Source: Euprymna scolopes (taxonomy: Eukaryota). From it: a stretch of 64,000 bases of DNA. This document shows, in pieces, positions 1 through 13,343 of the stretch. The position numbers and the translations under genes were made by a program. Numbering within the stretch: position 1 is the first letter of the stretch; the number at the start of each line of letters is the position of its first letter. The stretch lies in the NCBI GenBank assembly GCA_053919585.1, contig CM132788.1, one strand, 5' to 3'. The notes below the pieces were generated by a model. The model was not told where the DNA came from and did not search any database. It saw only the letters and a program-made list of their open reading frames with translations.

Positions 1-984
1 TTTTGTAACTTGCACCACAGATGGACATCATAAAAAATAAAAATCCAGAAAATCTGAACATGTAACTCCAAGCATCAACCGAGATGTCAACTTAGCAACG
101 TTTTAATAATTACATTTTCTTGAATATTTTTAGTTTGGAACATGATAGGACTCTGAAAATTCATTCAAGTAAGTTTTTTGACCAAAGGAACCCAGAAATG
201 GCATCAGATTTGTTCAGAAATTAAGACTTCTATGTGATTTTGTTAGATTTTGAAAATGTTCACACGTGACCCAATATAAGGCAAAAAATTGTGATTGTAA
301 TGATACCTTTTTTGGGGGAGGGGGGGCATTCATGCAGACAATATGAAGTACCTCTGAACCAAAGATGTTAAAATGTTCTTTTGTTCACTCACAGTGCCTG
401 TTTATAGTCTTTTTTCCCACAAAGATTCAGAAATACCCTGTTGGGGAAAGCAACTACTTTTGAGTATGAGAGATAGAATTGGAAGACCATCTAAATTATA
501 TACAAATTCATATTGAAATAAGTTTTCAAAAGTAAAAGTTAAACAATCTATATAAAAGGCAAATGTGGCGCGCGCATTTTTGTATGTCTTGAAAAGGTTT
601 TTTTCACCAACGGTCCAGAGGGGGAGGGGGGTTACTATCGCTTAGAAGTGTTTATATACTCCCTAGATAATAATATCGAAGATTTGGAAACGCAGGTTGC
701 GTCTAGATTTATTTACAGCAACTTTTACAAAATTATTGCTATTTTGGCGTCTCATTTTTTCGTATAAAAAGCGAAACTAATTCAAAGCTAAGGCACTGTT
801 CCTGGCAATCGCACTGGGGAACGTCTAGAAGCAATCAGCTTTGATCAATGTGGGGCCAAACTCCTTATATCAGACAATTGCTAATCAATTTGGACAATCC
901 CCTTTTTATGGGGAGCTGGTTTCTCCCTCCTTAACATCTTGGGAAAACAACCAGCCAAAGTTGGGGAAACAAACCCAAAAGCTG

Positions 985-1070
985 CCCGCAGTAAAAGTTA
1001 ACTCTGCTACTTCTATTTGACCTCATTAATGAGATCAAAAAGAAGGAGCGGAGTTAACTTTTATTGCGGG
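985..1070. mobile_element. 86-bp near-perfect palindrome, probable Tc1/mariner-type MITE
   Basis: CCCGCAGTAAAAGTTAACTCTGCT...AGCGGAGTTAACTTTTATTGCGGG: two 43-nt arms with essentially no loop, flanked by TG and TA (a degenerate TA TSD). Confidence 0.7.
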
Positions 1071-1431
1071 TACGTGTCAATTCTGTTTTTAATACTTAAA
1101 TAAAATCAAACGTGTTTCAGTTACTCTTTATTGCTGGCCGAGCGGGTAACGTGTCAGGTTTTTTGCACACTTTATTTTCCACCTTCGCCTCAAGGCTTCG
1201 GGTTCGATCCTAACTACTTACCAAAACTGTTTTTTTTTTTTAAGTATCCCCCCCCCCAACACAAACACCCGGGCAACGATTTTTTTAAAGAAGTTTTAAC
1301 ATTGTTTTTTTTTATATATATAATCTTTAAACAGGGTTGTTACTTCGCTTATTCTTTTGTTTGGATTCCCCCGCCACCGCCCAACACACATACCTCTAAA
1401 CACCCGGGCAACGCCGGGTACCCCCCGCTAG
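1071..1431 (+). mobile_element. Non-autonomous Helitron, 3' part
   Basis: Ends in the hairpin CCCGGGCAACGCCGGG followed by CTAG (1428-1431); similar to the reverse complement of 32219-32410. 5' boundary uncertain. Confidence 0.7.
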
Positions 1432-1874
1432 TCTTTTATATAAATCTCACCTGTCTGTTTAAAATGTATGTATGTCTGCCTAAAACTTTCGACAGAGGCA
1501 ACACATTTTCATGGGATTGGTATCGTTTTAAAGCTCGACCTTTTGGATGCCAAATATCGAAAAATTGGCTAAAAACAGTAATTCCTTCACCTTTAACTGG
1601 GCAATTTTCTACAAGGAGGGGTCGCTTTTTTTTCACTGATATTTCCGAAAGTAATCCCCTCTTTTCGATTAACTAGCCTTAAACCTTTGCCACTTCTGGT
1701 TTGGCGATAGACGCAACGGCAAAGACTTTACGTTTTTTTTGCTTGTTTTTTTTTCCCCACGTTCTTTCCCTCCTTCGCAGTACTGGTTCAAGCCTGCCTG
1801 CCTGCCTACTACCACTTTTTTTTTGCTCAACACACACCTCCAAACACCAGGGCAACGCCGGGAACCCAGGCTAG
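1432..1874 (+). mobile_element. Non-autonomous Helitron (about 450-bp family)
   Basis: 5' TC, 3' GC-rich hairpin plus CTAG then T; homologous copies at 31023-31476 (-) and about 56189-56710 (+). Confidence 0.8.
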
Positions 1875-2441
1875 TAAAAAGTAAAACAGTCTCACACTGA
1901 TCAGATATTTATAAGAAAACAAACTCCACAAAAAAAAAAAAAAAAAAAAAATGCATATTATCTGTGGGTTATTTTCATCAATTTTAACCAAGGATATATT
2001 TTTAATTTGTAAACATAACATCTAAACAACTGTACTTACTATGCTGTAACTTAACTTGCTTCGTAATTGTAATTTTAAATGTTGTATTAAAATAAATTTG
2101 TTTGATGGCATATCAACGATCTAGGGGTTATTTAAATGCTGAATAAAGTTATCAAATCTAATTTTATGGGTAGGGTAATCATTTATATTAATAAAATACA
2201 TTGTTCTTTTAGAATACCCACATACAAGGAAAAACACTGACAATCGCTCAAATCATAGACCTATAGCATTTGTTTGATGTGATTTGTTTTATGGCATACA
2301 TAGCCAGAATACATTGTTCTTCAGTAACCAGAATGAAATTTCAGTGAAAGTGTCAACATCCCTACAAGGGAATTCTACAGAGAAAGGAATGCATTATGGT
2401 CAGAAAAGACCACTTCCAGAAAAAACATTACTCTTTGGTAT

Positions 2442-2443
<2 letters not shown>

Positions 2444-2478
<35 letters not shown>

Positions 2479-3130
2479 GGAGTCACCACTTATCAAGGCC
2501 CAAAAGCTACTCGATGATAAGATTAATGGGGGGGGGGAATGTAGTTATTATTAGTGGAAATTTGGTAAATTGGATTACTTAAGGAGACGACTCATCAAGA
2601 ACTTGTTCGTGTTGGTCTTGAAGATGACCATATTGTAGCCAGTTGGAAAGCAGGAAAATGGAACATTCCACAGGCGTGCAGTTCTAAGAAAGAAGCTTTG
2701 TTCATGGAATCTACACTTAGGTTTGGGCACAGATAAAAAGTGGGGGAAATTATTGATAATGGTTTCAGCTAACGAGTGTTTTTCATAAAAGTCAGGCCAG
2801 GGGGACCGTAGATTGGAGCTCAGGTGAGCACTTGCCATGAAAATAACAATAAAGCAGAGACAAGTTAGCAATGTCTCTTCTGTGGGAAAGAGGTTGCAGG
2901 AAAGAGAAAAGGGCATCCTCCACTAGGCTACGAAACCTATTTTGAATCGTCAAGGCAGGATAAGCTACTTCCTGCCCAGATGTGGCAACAGTACTTCATC
3001 CTTGGACGTACTTGGCTCTTAGTGAAATATCTACTGGAGCGATAGAATGATCTAACCAGTTTTCCAGCAGCCCTTGTTTGAGTTTAACTCAATTGAGCCT
3101 CAGTCATAGCCATTTAGTATCTATTTGAGG
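2444..3130 (-). mobile_element. CR1/L2-group LINE 3' fragment with poly(A) tail
   Basis: Minus-strand remnants of Y...IRPxMxYCCHIW and SFFLRTARLWN..F..GYNM..FK (ORF 2575..2916); 3' end GCCTTGATAAGTGGTGAC plus poly(A), seen as the T-run at 2444-2473. Related pieces at about 8285-8340, 12800-13280, 25890-25990, 33945-34140, 39795-40130, 44600-45280, 60250-61000 and 62420-62760. Confidence 0.7.
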
Positions 3131-3868
3131 AGACAACTAAAAAGGGAAAAATAAGGTTTTCATGTTTGAACAATCAGCTGGAATAATACAGTTGAGGATG
3201 AACTTTTAGATACTAGGGCATGATATGACAAGCCAATTGATAGGACCGGGTCTCTCCAACCTCCGATCTAGCTCAAATAAGGACTAAAATGGATGAATAC
3301 TCATTCTACAGCATCACAGATCACCACCTACAACCAGCAAGTGGCCCTGCTTTTTCAGAGGCACTCAGAGTTGCAGTCAACAAATTAGTGGCCTCATCAA
3401 CAGGGCAATATATAAAATTAAAGATTCATATACTAAAAGTTTTTTTTAAATTTATTTTAACATTTACTTTAAAAAAACAAATAGATATATTAGAAAAATA
3501 TTGATATGTAAAAAGAAATTATCATCTTTCATCTATGAGCATTTCCCTGCATAAATTAAAATATATATATATATGACTCAGGTCATTCAACACCATATTT
3601 TTTAAAAATAATATTCCAAGTCTTGGTTACCTATAGTAAAATACAAAAATAATAAAAAAAATTTTTTTTTTTAATGATTAAAGCATTTAGTAGTCTGTGA
3701 CAACTTTTATAGAAAATTCCAAGAGGATTTCCATATTAAGTAGACTATGTTGAACTCAAAAATAAAATTTTAACAAATTATTTCATTAAAACAAATCTGA
3801 TATTTGTTAAATGTTCAATATTGCAGGAAAATGAGAAAAAACAACCAAGATTTACTTTTAAAATACTG

Positions 3869-4998
3869 TACATATCACTCAATAAGAATCAGGCTTGACC
3901 TGTAAATAGTACCATTAATAAAATAGAAAAAAAATCCATGTTTTTTTTTTTATAAAAGTACTAATCTTGAAACAGCACATGTCAAAATTTGAACCCGACT
4001 GGAATATTAGTTTACAAATTACAATTATTTAAGTAAAGTGGCTGTTTGTAAAGCTTATAATAAAAAAGAGGGAGGGTGTGGATTTCATATGTTGGTAAGA
4101 CCTTACTTCTTGTTGGGTAACAATGGCTTCATAAGTGTTATTTGGATTTTGACTTTAAATGCAGTTAGAAATTATGCTGAACACGCAGGTCACCCAAATT
4201 TGGCAGTTGTTCTGGAAAACATAAAAAATGTCCAAAAACTCATTTTGGCCGATTGCATGAAGATTTATCAATGTGGGGAGCCAGGTTCAAAAACATGTAC
4301 GCTGCATTTGCTCACAGTCTATTAATAACAACAGCACGATGATTCAGTATTATTCGCAACAATTTCAACACAACAAAAATAATGAGTTTTGGTATCAATA
4401 TGTAAAAATGGATTAAACATTGATTCTTCACTGGACTCTGGAGTAAAATATTAACAGTCAGCTGAATGGACAGCAGCAGATGAAAGCTGTTCAATGTTTC
4501 CAAAAATGTAAACATCAGCAGGCAAGGTTTTGGCCTCTATATTTTAGGATGCCCCAAATTTTTTTTTTTTTTTTTGATTATTTTGAGAAAGGAAGAACCA
4601 TCAATAGTAAATATTATATAGTATTATTATTGTGTTTGGAAAAAAAAAAAAAAGAAAGTCACAAATCTATTGCAACAATCATAAAACTACATGCATTGCA
4701 CTTTGAATTTGCTTCTGCATCCATCCTATTTTATAGATTTGACCCTCAGTGACAACTGACTCTTTGCAGATGTTAAAAAAAAGCTCCAGAGAAATATTTG
4801 GCTCCAATGAGATGATATATTGGAAACTGAGGCGTATTTTGAGGCCAAACACAAATTGTTATATAAGAAAGGCATTGAATGATTATTAAACGGTTGGAAT
4901 CGGTGTTTTACCAAAAAAGGAAACCATGTTAACAAAGTTCAGTTTTGGTTAAAAGTTGTTTTAATAATTAGGCTTGACGTTTACAAAGTGATGCGTTA
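3869..4998 (+). mobile_element. Decayed mariner transposon (Himar1/irritans-like), transposase pseudogene
   Basis: Fragments GHPNLAVVLENIKNVQKLILAD, AGKVLASIF, DYFEKGRTINSKYYIVLL, HKSIATIIKLHALHFE and ETEAYFEAK follow the irritans-type transposase layout; degenerate TIRs at about 3869-3900 and 4965-4998; many stops and frameshifts. Confidence 0.85.
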
Positions 4999-6841
4999 TA
5001 TGCAGAAATTAAAAGTAAAAGAAAAATGTTTAATAGCTGTATTTTATTTATTACAATTTTTTTGGTGGGGGTTTTGGTTTTACTTTATTTTTATAATAAA
5101 AGTAGCATATTATTCATTCCTTTATAATATTACTTCATAAAACAATTTCAGTGCAAAATAATGTTAGCCTCCCCCCCCCACACACACAAAAAAATGGGAA
5201 AAGTAGAACTACAACTTTCTCATACGTTTCACTTGCAACAATTTTAATTGGAAAATTCTATCACCAAACAATTTAAAATTAACTATATTTTTCATCATGA
5301 GTTTTAAGTGGTCATTAAAATAATTAAAAAACAATCATTAAGAAAAGAAAATATAAAAATGATTTGAAGCATAAGTACAGATGCACTTTGGGCCTTTACA
5401 AATGGTCCCTTAGTAGAAAGGGCCACACAGATATAATGAAACAAGTTTTTTTTTTTTTTTATTATTATTCTTATCAGCAGAAGAGATCATTTTAAGGAGA
5501 GAAAAATTACATTTACACTCAAATAATTGAAACAGGAAATAACTTAATAAGTTGGTAAGGCAAATGACCTCCAGGCAAATTTAAGCCTTTCTGAATCTAA
5601 TGTGATTTTTAGTACATGCCAGAAAGAAAAGAAATAACTTTTCCTCAATTTTGAAATTAAATTGTTTTCCTGCCTATTTATTCTGATCACAATTTTGTAT
5701 AAATGCATTTTAAGCATAGCAATAATAAAAAAAAGTTTTGAGAGAATTATTTTCCTAAGTAAAATAACAAGTACCTTATAAAAAATAAAATCAAAAAGCC
5801 TAAAAAAAAATCAAAATCAACCAAAACAATTATTTTATACATTCTTCAATCACTACCTATACGCAAAATGCAATCATTACTTGAAAAGTCTTGATCAATT
5901 GATCGATGGAATAAAACTTAACCATTTGTAAGAGAGAGAAAATTGCAAATGAATAGTCGTCTTTGCAGACAAAAAAAAATCAAATACACCAATAATGAAT
6001 TTCAAGCTTGGATAGAAAATACACTGTTTAAAATAAAGAAAAGGATAAAAAAAATAAACTACTCATAACCTAGGTTATACCCAATATATCCTAATGAATA
6101 AGTAAAGAAACTTCCAGTTTCAATGTTTTAATCACCTATAACAGAATCAACAAAAACACTTTTTAACATTTCCCATTTTCACAAATTTCGGGAATACATT
6201 GTGATGTCACAATAACCCCATCCTTTCTCTGTATTAACATCATCCAGTTTCTCTCATCATTCATCATATCACTTATCTTTACTCTATTTGTCCTGCCTCC
6301 AAACATCTAAAACATTAATGAGCAGTTGATAAGAAAACATTCTCAGTTTTACCAGTATATAAATTATATTTTTAAATTAATTTCTAAATAAATAAATAAA
6401 TTTAAAACTAATGCAATTATGTTTAAAACAAAGGAAATTAGGTCAAGATTTCATATTTACAGCAAATATAGTTAATATTATCTGGTCCTAACAACCATGA
6501 CCTAAATATACAAAAATGAAAGAAAAACATTGATCAACCGTTTTTTTTTTTTTGTTTTTTTTTTCATCCATAAATAATTTTTTTTTTTACTGGTTTACTC
6601 ATTTGAATTATTACTCTACTCTGGTAGCCGATAAAAAAAAATTCTAAACAATGTTTTTTGTCTTTTTTTACTTAAACTATGCTCAACTTACATCACTCAG
6701 CTAAAAAAAGTAGATGGTTTCAATAAGATCTATATGTACCAAAGCATTAACAAAGATCAATATTTAACTTAATTAGAACCAGTTGAAAAATCTTAAAAAT
6801 TTCATATCAATCAAAAAAAGGATAAAATGAATATTATTTAA

Positions 6842-6843
<2 letters not shown>

Positions 6844-6900
<57 letters not shown>
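6844..6900. repeat. (TA)n microsatellite
   Basis: Seen directly; other (TA)n tracts at 19953-19970, 20657-20693, 36853-36880 and 55134-55183. Confidence 0.95.
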
Positions 6901-6902
<2 letters not shown>

Positions 6903-8340
6903 ACTTAGACTTTTTATCGAAAATACAGCAAAGTGCAAGTTATTAAAGATGGTAATATTTTCGCCTGAGAGGTTTCGTCATTACAATTAATGCTTACATA
7001 TGTACAATATGTGGAAGGCCAAAATAGCATCCATATATAAGTCTGGAATATCAGTTACAAAATTATTGAAAACAGTAAAGACACACATAAAAGAACGAAA
7101 AATACAGTCATCAAGAGTTTAAAACTATTTTGCTACGGTCCGGTCCGGTCATTCTAGTTTGTGAAAGATATTGCATCATACTTTTGTATTACTGTTATTG
7201 CATCAGCCATCTTGATTTTGAAGCCGTTTTTAATTTGCAATTTATGAGCTATTATTATAATTAATATGAAGTGTGTAAAGTTAAAAAAAAAAAATGGATA
7301 AAAAATACTTTCAGGGGCACAAATAGCTAAAATTGTAACTATACATTTGTTTTCTTTTTATATTTTATTTGTTTATATTTTTTGTTTTATGGCATATCAT
7401 AAATGTTTTACATTGTTTAAATGCTGAATCCAGCCATTTTGCTAAAAGCTTTTATGCTTAAAATTCTAAAGATTTATTCATGTTGTCAATGTATACAAAT
7501 GATTTGTATATCAAATTTTTTAACAAAGTCTGTAAATGATAAATTCTTTTTAACAAACACATGGCATTGACAGGTACTCCCACTCTAGATCAGAATGGAG
7601 TATTGACAAGAGGGTGACTCCACACTCCTCAAAATTTACAAATTATAACTGCAACTTGTATGCAGTTTTTTTTTTTTTTTTCATCATCTCAGGGAGTTGT
7701 AGTTGTTGATAAAGGGTACAGACAACTGGGAAAGATAAATTTCTTAGTGCAGTGTGTTTTAAATGTCCAGGACTAATATATTGTACCTATTTACTATGCC
7801 TCCCCACGGGACAGTTAGACACTAGGGTCGTTAAATTATGAATAGAAAAGATATTTTTCAGAACATGGAGAGTTGACTTCTTAAACAAAACCATTGCTGG
7901 AGATGAGCATTTGAGTAACCATAAAAAATATTATAGTTATAAAGCCCCTTTTAAAAATTCAATCTAAATGATACAAAAGGATCCAATTCCATGAAATCGA
8001 GTGCCATGTCCAATGATGAATAGTTCTAAAATGTGGAATTCCTTTGTGTGGAATTTTAATGTGTGATGGCAATGATGACTGTTCTCCACTGTCATACTAT
8101 TAGGAACTTTTTAATCACAAAAAAAAAAAAAAATAATAAATAAATATGGGGATAAGATAAAAAAAAAAAAAATTGAACCTTTATGCAAGAGGTCATTAAA
8201 GACAAATTCAATATCTAAAATTTTATCTTGCAATATATTAAAAGGTGACCATCTATAAATTGGTGAAATTGACAACCCTTTCACTTTTTTTTTTTTTTTT
8301 TACAAGTCACCACTTATCAAGGCCTGGAGGCCACTCGGGG

Positions 8341-8510
8341 ATACCTGGCAAATATACTCGGTGAACCAAATGCAAGAGAGATTCAAATAACTGCACTTAA
8401 AGGAACGGTCAGAACTTTAAAAGATCTCTCAGTTGGTATATCTGAGTTAGTGGGTGAATGTTTGGCATCCAGTAGGATGCCCCATCCCCAGCTTGAACAA
8501 ACTGATAAAA
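8341..8510 (+). mobile_element. 3' end of an RLE-type (R4-like) non-LTR retrotransposon
   Basis: Encodes YLANILGEPNAREIQITALKGTVRTLK, homologous to 57571..57759 and to 28455-28680 (-). Confidence 0.75.
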
Positions 8511-11100
8511 AAATATTAAATAGACTTTGATCTGCATATTCTACCCATTATATATATGATATATGGTTTTTGTTATAAGCAAACATGTAGTGGGAGGGGA
8601 GGATTTGATTGAACTTTATATATAAAATGAGATTGTGTGCATTTTTTTTTATATTCAAACTTGGAAGGGGATATTAATTCAAAGAAAAACCCAGAAAGGC
8701 ATAATAAATAATGAGTTATCTCAAATGCCGTTTGGAGAGCTCTCATTATAGACAACTTAATTCAAATACTGCAAAAGTTTTTTTAATATATATTCCAAGA
8801 TAAGTTCTTTAAAATTATCCCAAAAATAGATTAAAAAAAAACTTTTGCAGTAATTGTAAAAGAAATTTATAAGAATACAAATCTTCACTAACACTTGAAT
8901 TTCTAGTATAAAATCATTTTACATTTTACATAATGAGAATAGCTGTGCACCTTTTAAGTTTCTGCAATCAAGCAATACATTGGAGGTGTGAGAGATGAGA
9001 AAATAGAATTTTAATAGAACACAAATGAGTACATTGGATTTCAGATGAATTGCAATCCAGGTGTTGAGAACTGAGTGTGAGAAAAAATTTATTTCTGACT
9101 TTAAATAAGAAATAGATTTAATGTGTGATGACACATTCGCGGGGTGGGGTGGGGGGTCAGTATGTTTGAGTTGTTTTGGTTAGCTTATGACGGGAGGTGA
9201 AAGTGTCCACCCCAGCAGGTGCATTAAATTCTGATAACCATGTAAAATTAGAGCAACTATGTGATTGGTTATTTGAACAATGATAGAATACAACATCTCT
9301 CTATCAATAAAATATTTATTTTTCTAATTTAGTCTTGATCAAGTATTTAATGAAACTGAAAAAAAAAAAAAAAATGCTATAGTTTTAATTATTAAAACAA
9401 ATCACTTTTTTTCAAAAATGAGAATTTTTTAAAGTTTAATTACATGAAATTCAGCACTAGAATGTATTTTAGTTTCTTTATATTTACTTACCAGTCTAGG
9501 TCAAAATTAGGTACAAGGCCATTTTTTTTTTTTTTTTTTTTTGAAGAATACCCAGCTTTCCAAAAAGAGGATACTTTGGGTAGAATAAAAATTAAAATTG
9601 TCCAAGTCAAATTTTTTTCATCTTCTGATTCAAGACAGCAGACATTACATTATCATCCCAGCCTAAAGATTCAAATCATCCATTTTAATATTTTAAAGAA
9701 AAAAAAAAAATCAATTACTGTGTGACTCTTCGAAATTCAAAAGAATTTGGAAGCATTTAAACTTAAAAAAGCCATTTAAAATTTTTGGTGCTTGTCTATA
9801 AACGGGCCCCCCCCCCCAAAAAAAAAATTTTACAAGAAAAATCTGTAAAAAATCTTTATAATAACGAACGTACTTGTCACTGCATGAATATGTTATATTC
9901 CAAAAATCACATAAATCGATCAAGTAGTTTTTTTTTTATTTAAGAAAATCAAATATTATGAGACATTTTATCGAAGAATGACTTCACGCCATCTTGTTTA
10001 TGAATGATACACTGCTAGCGACACCTATTGGGAATGTTTGGAATATAAGTCAGCAAGGGGTAGACAATCGACTTTCCACGCTCTAGAAAAAAAAAAACTT
10101 GGAAAATTAAGACATTTACAGGTTTTTGGGGACGTTAAAAACGAAAATAATGTTCAAAATTCCAGCAAATGAGTAGTTTCCAAGATATGAAGAATTTTAC
10201 GTAAATTGAGCACCCACACGTTGACGCTCCTCCAACAAAAATTTGGCAAATGTGTATTTCAGCGGCGTAAATTATTTGACCACCAAAACTGGTGGCCATA
10301 AAGTGAGTGATCATTATACGTTAAATTATTTTAGAAAAGTGATCCCCCACTTTCTTTAAACTAACATTTCTTCATATCTTGGAAACTAAAACAGTCCACA
10401 CTACTAACCCTTATGCATAACAGTTGTTTCAAAATTCATAATGATCAGTTAATTAGTTTAGGAGCAAATCCTATACATATGTATACACATACATAACTTT
10501 ATATATGCAAGTTAGTCAACATTTCTTTCCTTACATACTTTCATCACGCAAAATACATGATAAATATTACTGATGGGACGATTTCAATATTTTTCCTGAT
10601 TCCAATTCTTTATGAGTCTCTAAATACTTAACTATAAAATGGTTATTTTGTCCTGATTACCGTAAAAAATACATCTTGAATGCATGTATATATTTTATCA
10701 AATGTAAAAACACACCTGTGAGGGGGGATGATCTATAGATGTTAATTTTACTGGAAGTTTAAATCAATAAATATTTGTTCTTTTATTATTACTACCAGCA
10801 GTGGAAGATTAAAAAAAAAAAAAAAATCAAATAAAAAAAGATAATTAAAGGAATCGTTTTTGGCATTGGAAAATAGGTACAAATTTTTCCGATTCCAATA
10901 CTCCCAAAAAGTTTTGAATTTTCTGATTCCGATTAATAATCCTAACATTCATAAATAAACGATGGTTCTGGGATTTAGTTATGCTTGAAAAAAAAAAAAA
11001 AAAAATGTTTTAATTGTTCTAATTAGTTGTAACGTATAAGTGATCAAGTATTTCATCTCTTTTAGTTATGTCTGTTTTTCTCTTACCATTTCTCACTATG

Positions 11101-11578
11101 TTGATTCAATCACTAAAAGATTTCTTAAGAGAACATGTGAATATTTTTGTTAGTATACATATAAATGACAAAATAATAAACATCTTTACTTCTACAATAA
11201 TGATAAAGAATAATTATACTTCTATATAATAATAGTATAGAAGTAAAGAAACGTTTTTTAGTGATGTAAGAAAGAATGTTATACAATATTGTGGTGTATC
11301 TTGTATAAGATACACCACAATATTGTATAACATTCTTTCTAAGAATGTTATACAATATTGTGGTGTATCTTGTATAAGATACACCACAATATTGCATAAC
11401 ATTCTTTCTTACATCACTAAAAAAACGTTTCTTTACTTCTATACTATTATTATATAGAAGTATAATTATTCTTTATCATTATTGTAGAAGTAAAGATGTT
11501 TATTATTTTGTCATTTATATGTATACTAACAAAAATATTCACATGTTCTCTTAAGAAATCTTTTAGTGATTGAATCAA
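11101..11578. repeat. 478-bp near-perfect palindrome whose centre is a tandemly duplicated ~70-bp hairpin
   Basis: 11101-11269 is the reverse complement of about 11410-11578 (one homopolymer indel); the centre holds two direct copies of AAGAATGTTATACAATATTGTGGTGTATCTT-GTAT-AAGATACACCACAATATTGTATAACATTCTT. Confidence 0.95.
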
Positions 11579-11739
11579 TTGCACTATTTCTAATATATTA
11601 AATATATCCGATGCCTTGCAACAGGCATCGGATATATTTAATAGTTTTATTAGAAATAGTGCAATTAAACATTTAACTACACAATATGATGATTAAATTT
11701 ATGTTGTAAAATAATATTTAAAAAAAAAAAATGAAAAGT

Positions 11740-12330
11740 AAAAAGATTCATGGGCAAAGGCAGAGTAAGTACAACAAGTAGACAATAAATAAACCCTAGG
11801 TGATGATCAGTAGAGGCGAATTCACCACTAAACAGTGAGTAAAGAGTTAGTGAGGGAGAGATAGTCTGAAACCTGTCAAAACTAAACAAAATTAATCTTT
11901 TGATGCAACCAGATGTTGTTCCCAGCCTCCTCATTGTTAGAGGCTTGTTAATATGAAAATGAGACAAAAGAAAATATGATAAAATAAAATCAACAAAAGT
12001 TGTTACAAAAAAAAAAAAAAAGAACCTAATGGAGAGTTTCATTAATGATTAGTTTACTCACCTTAAAGCAGGCTTTGTACATTTTTTTTTTTAAACTTGT
12101 AATTTTGTATTTGGGTGTTACAAAAGTATCATTTCTCCCTCTGGTTTGATTTTGGGATACTATTCTCATTTAAAGAAACAAGGTCTCCTGGAGTTCATTC
12201 AGACTCCACTTGAGATCAAAGTGAAAGAAGAGTGGATTTTATTAGTTTTCCTCAAACACTGACCCTCAACTCCTAGTAGGTGGCAAATACTTAGATTATA
12301 TTCAATGCTCTGGATCAGGATTTCCACTAC
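11740..12330 (-). mobile_element. Highly decayed LINE AP-endonuclease-like fragment
   Basis: Minus-strand remnant resembling the SDH motif (ASTDHHL in ORF 11677..12042); weak evidence. Confidence 0.3.
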
Positions 12331-12504
12331 AAAAGATTTGTGTTAGTCATAGAAATAAAATGAATAGCAGGTGGATTTTTGTGTATATTTTATTTTTTTA
12401 AAACATTTTAAAGAAATGCCATATGTAGATTTATTAAAAGCTTTTCTCACGTTATAAGCAAATAAATGATGAGTAACAAAATAAATCTTAATTTTTATCC
12501 TGGC

Positions 12505-12790
12505 CCCCCCCCCCCAAATCAACAGAGATTAGACTATTCCCGTAATGATCCTGTCTCTATTGATTTTGCAGTAGGAGTTTAGTTCTGTGCAGTTCTAGGA
12601 AGTTCATCCTCCTAGGTCTTGCCTTCTTTCTTTGAGAAGGGGTTAGTTTATTGCTAATCGTCTAAGGCACCCTCACTGGGGAATGCCCACAGGGCTTCCC
12701 AGGCACTTCTTGCAAGTCAGAGTGCCCCTCCCCCCCCTTTCCAACCTTGGTGTCTGAAGTTTTTGCAGTGCAAGAGAACTAAACCAAAAA
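12505..12790 (+). repeat. Interspersed repeat (SINE or LINE 5'-end-like); second copy at 21410-21640
   Basis: Both loci share CCCCAAA(A)TCAACAGAGATTAGAC...TTGATTTTG...GTTCTGTGCAGTTCTAGGA...GTCAGAGTGCC. Confidence 0.7.
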
Positions 12791-13343
12791 CTAAGAATAT
12801 ATTGGAAGGAGTATATGATCACTATTTAAACAATTCAATAACAAAGTTTCCATTTTAACAAGCAGGCTCAAATTCACAGAGATCCTATTTTCCTGCTAAC
12901 CTCAACAAAAGTTAAAGATTTCACGTCATTGGAATGTCAATGTAATAATTTAATTTAAATACTCATTTAGCAACAACTATCAACAATTTCCCTCATTATC
13001 GATCTGTGCCTAAAACTAAATGAAAATTCCATGAACAGAGTTTCTTTCCTAGAACTGTCCATCTATATAATAAAATACCATGGGGCTGCTTTCCGGCTGA
13101 CTATAACACAGTCGTTTTCAAGTCTAAAGTAAACAAGTTCCTGTTGAGCCGTCCTCTTATAAACCATACCCAAATTCCATTATTACTGATCATCATGTTG
13201 TTGTCTCATTATCTACCTAAAACTCATTAATCCTTAATAAGTGGCCTTAATAAGCAGTGACCAAGTAAAAAAAAAAAAAAAATTATTCTAAAATCCTATT
13301 TAAAAAAATTGTAAATTATATATTTATTTATTAAGAAGAAACA

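Noticed and set aside
1131-1676. 181-aa ORF
   Set aside because: It spans a junction of two non-coding Helitrons, is low complexity, and has no recognisable domain.
6950-6986. Minus-strand hammerhead-like ATGACGA..CCT/AGG..GAAA near (TA)n
   Set aside because: C3 of the core is missing and there is no convincing stem I.
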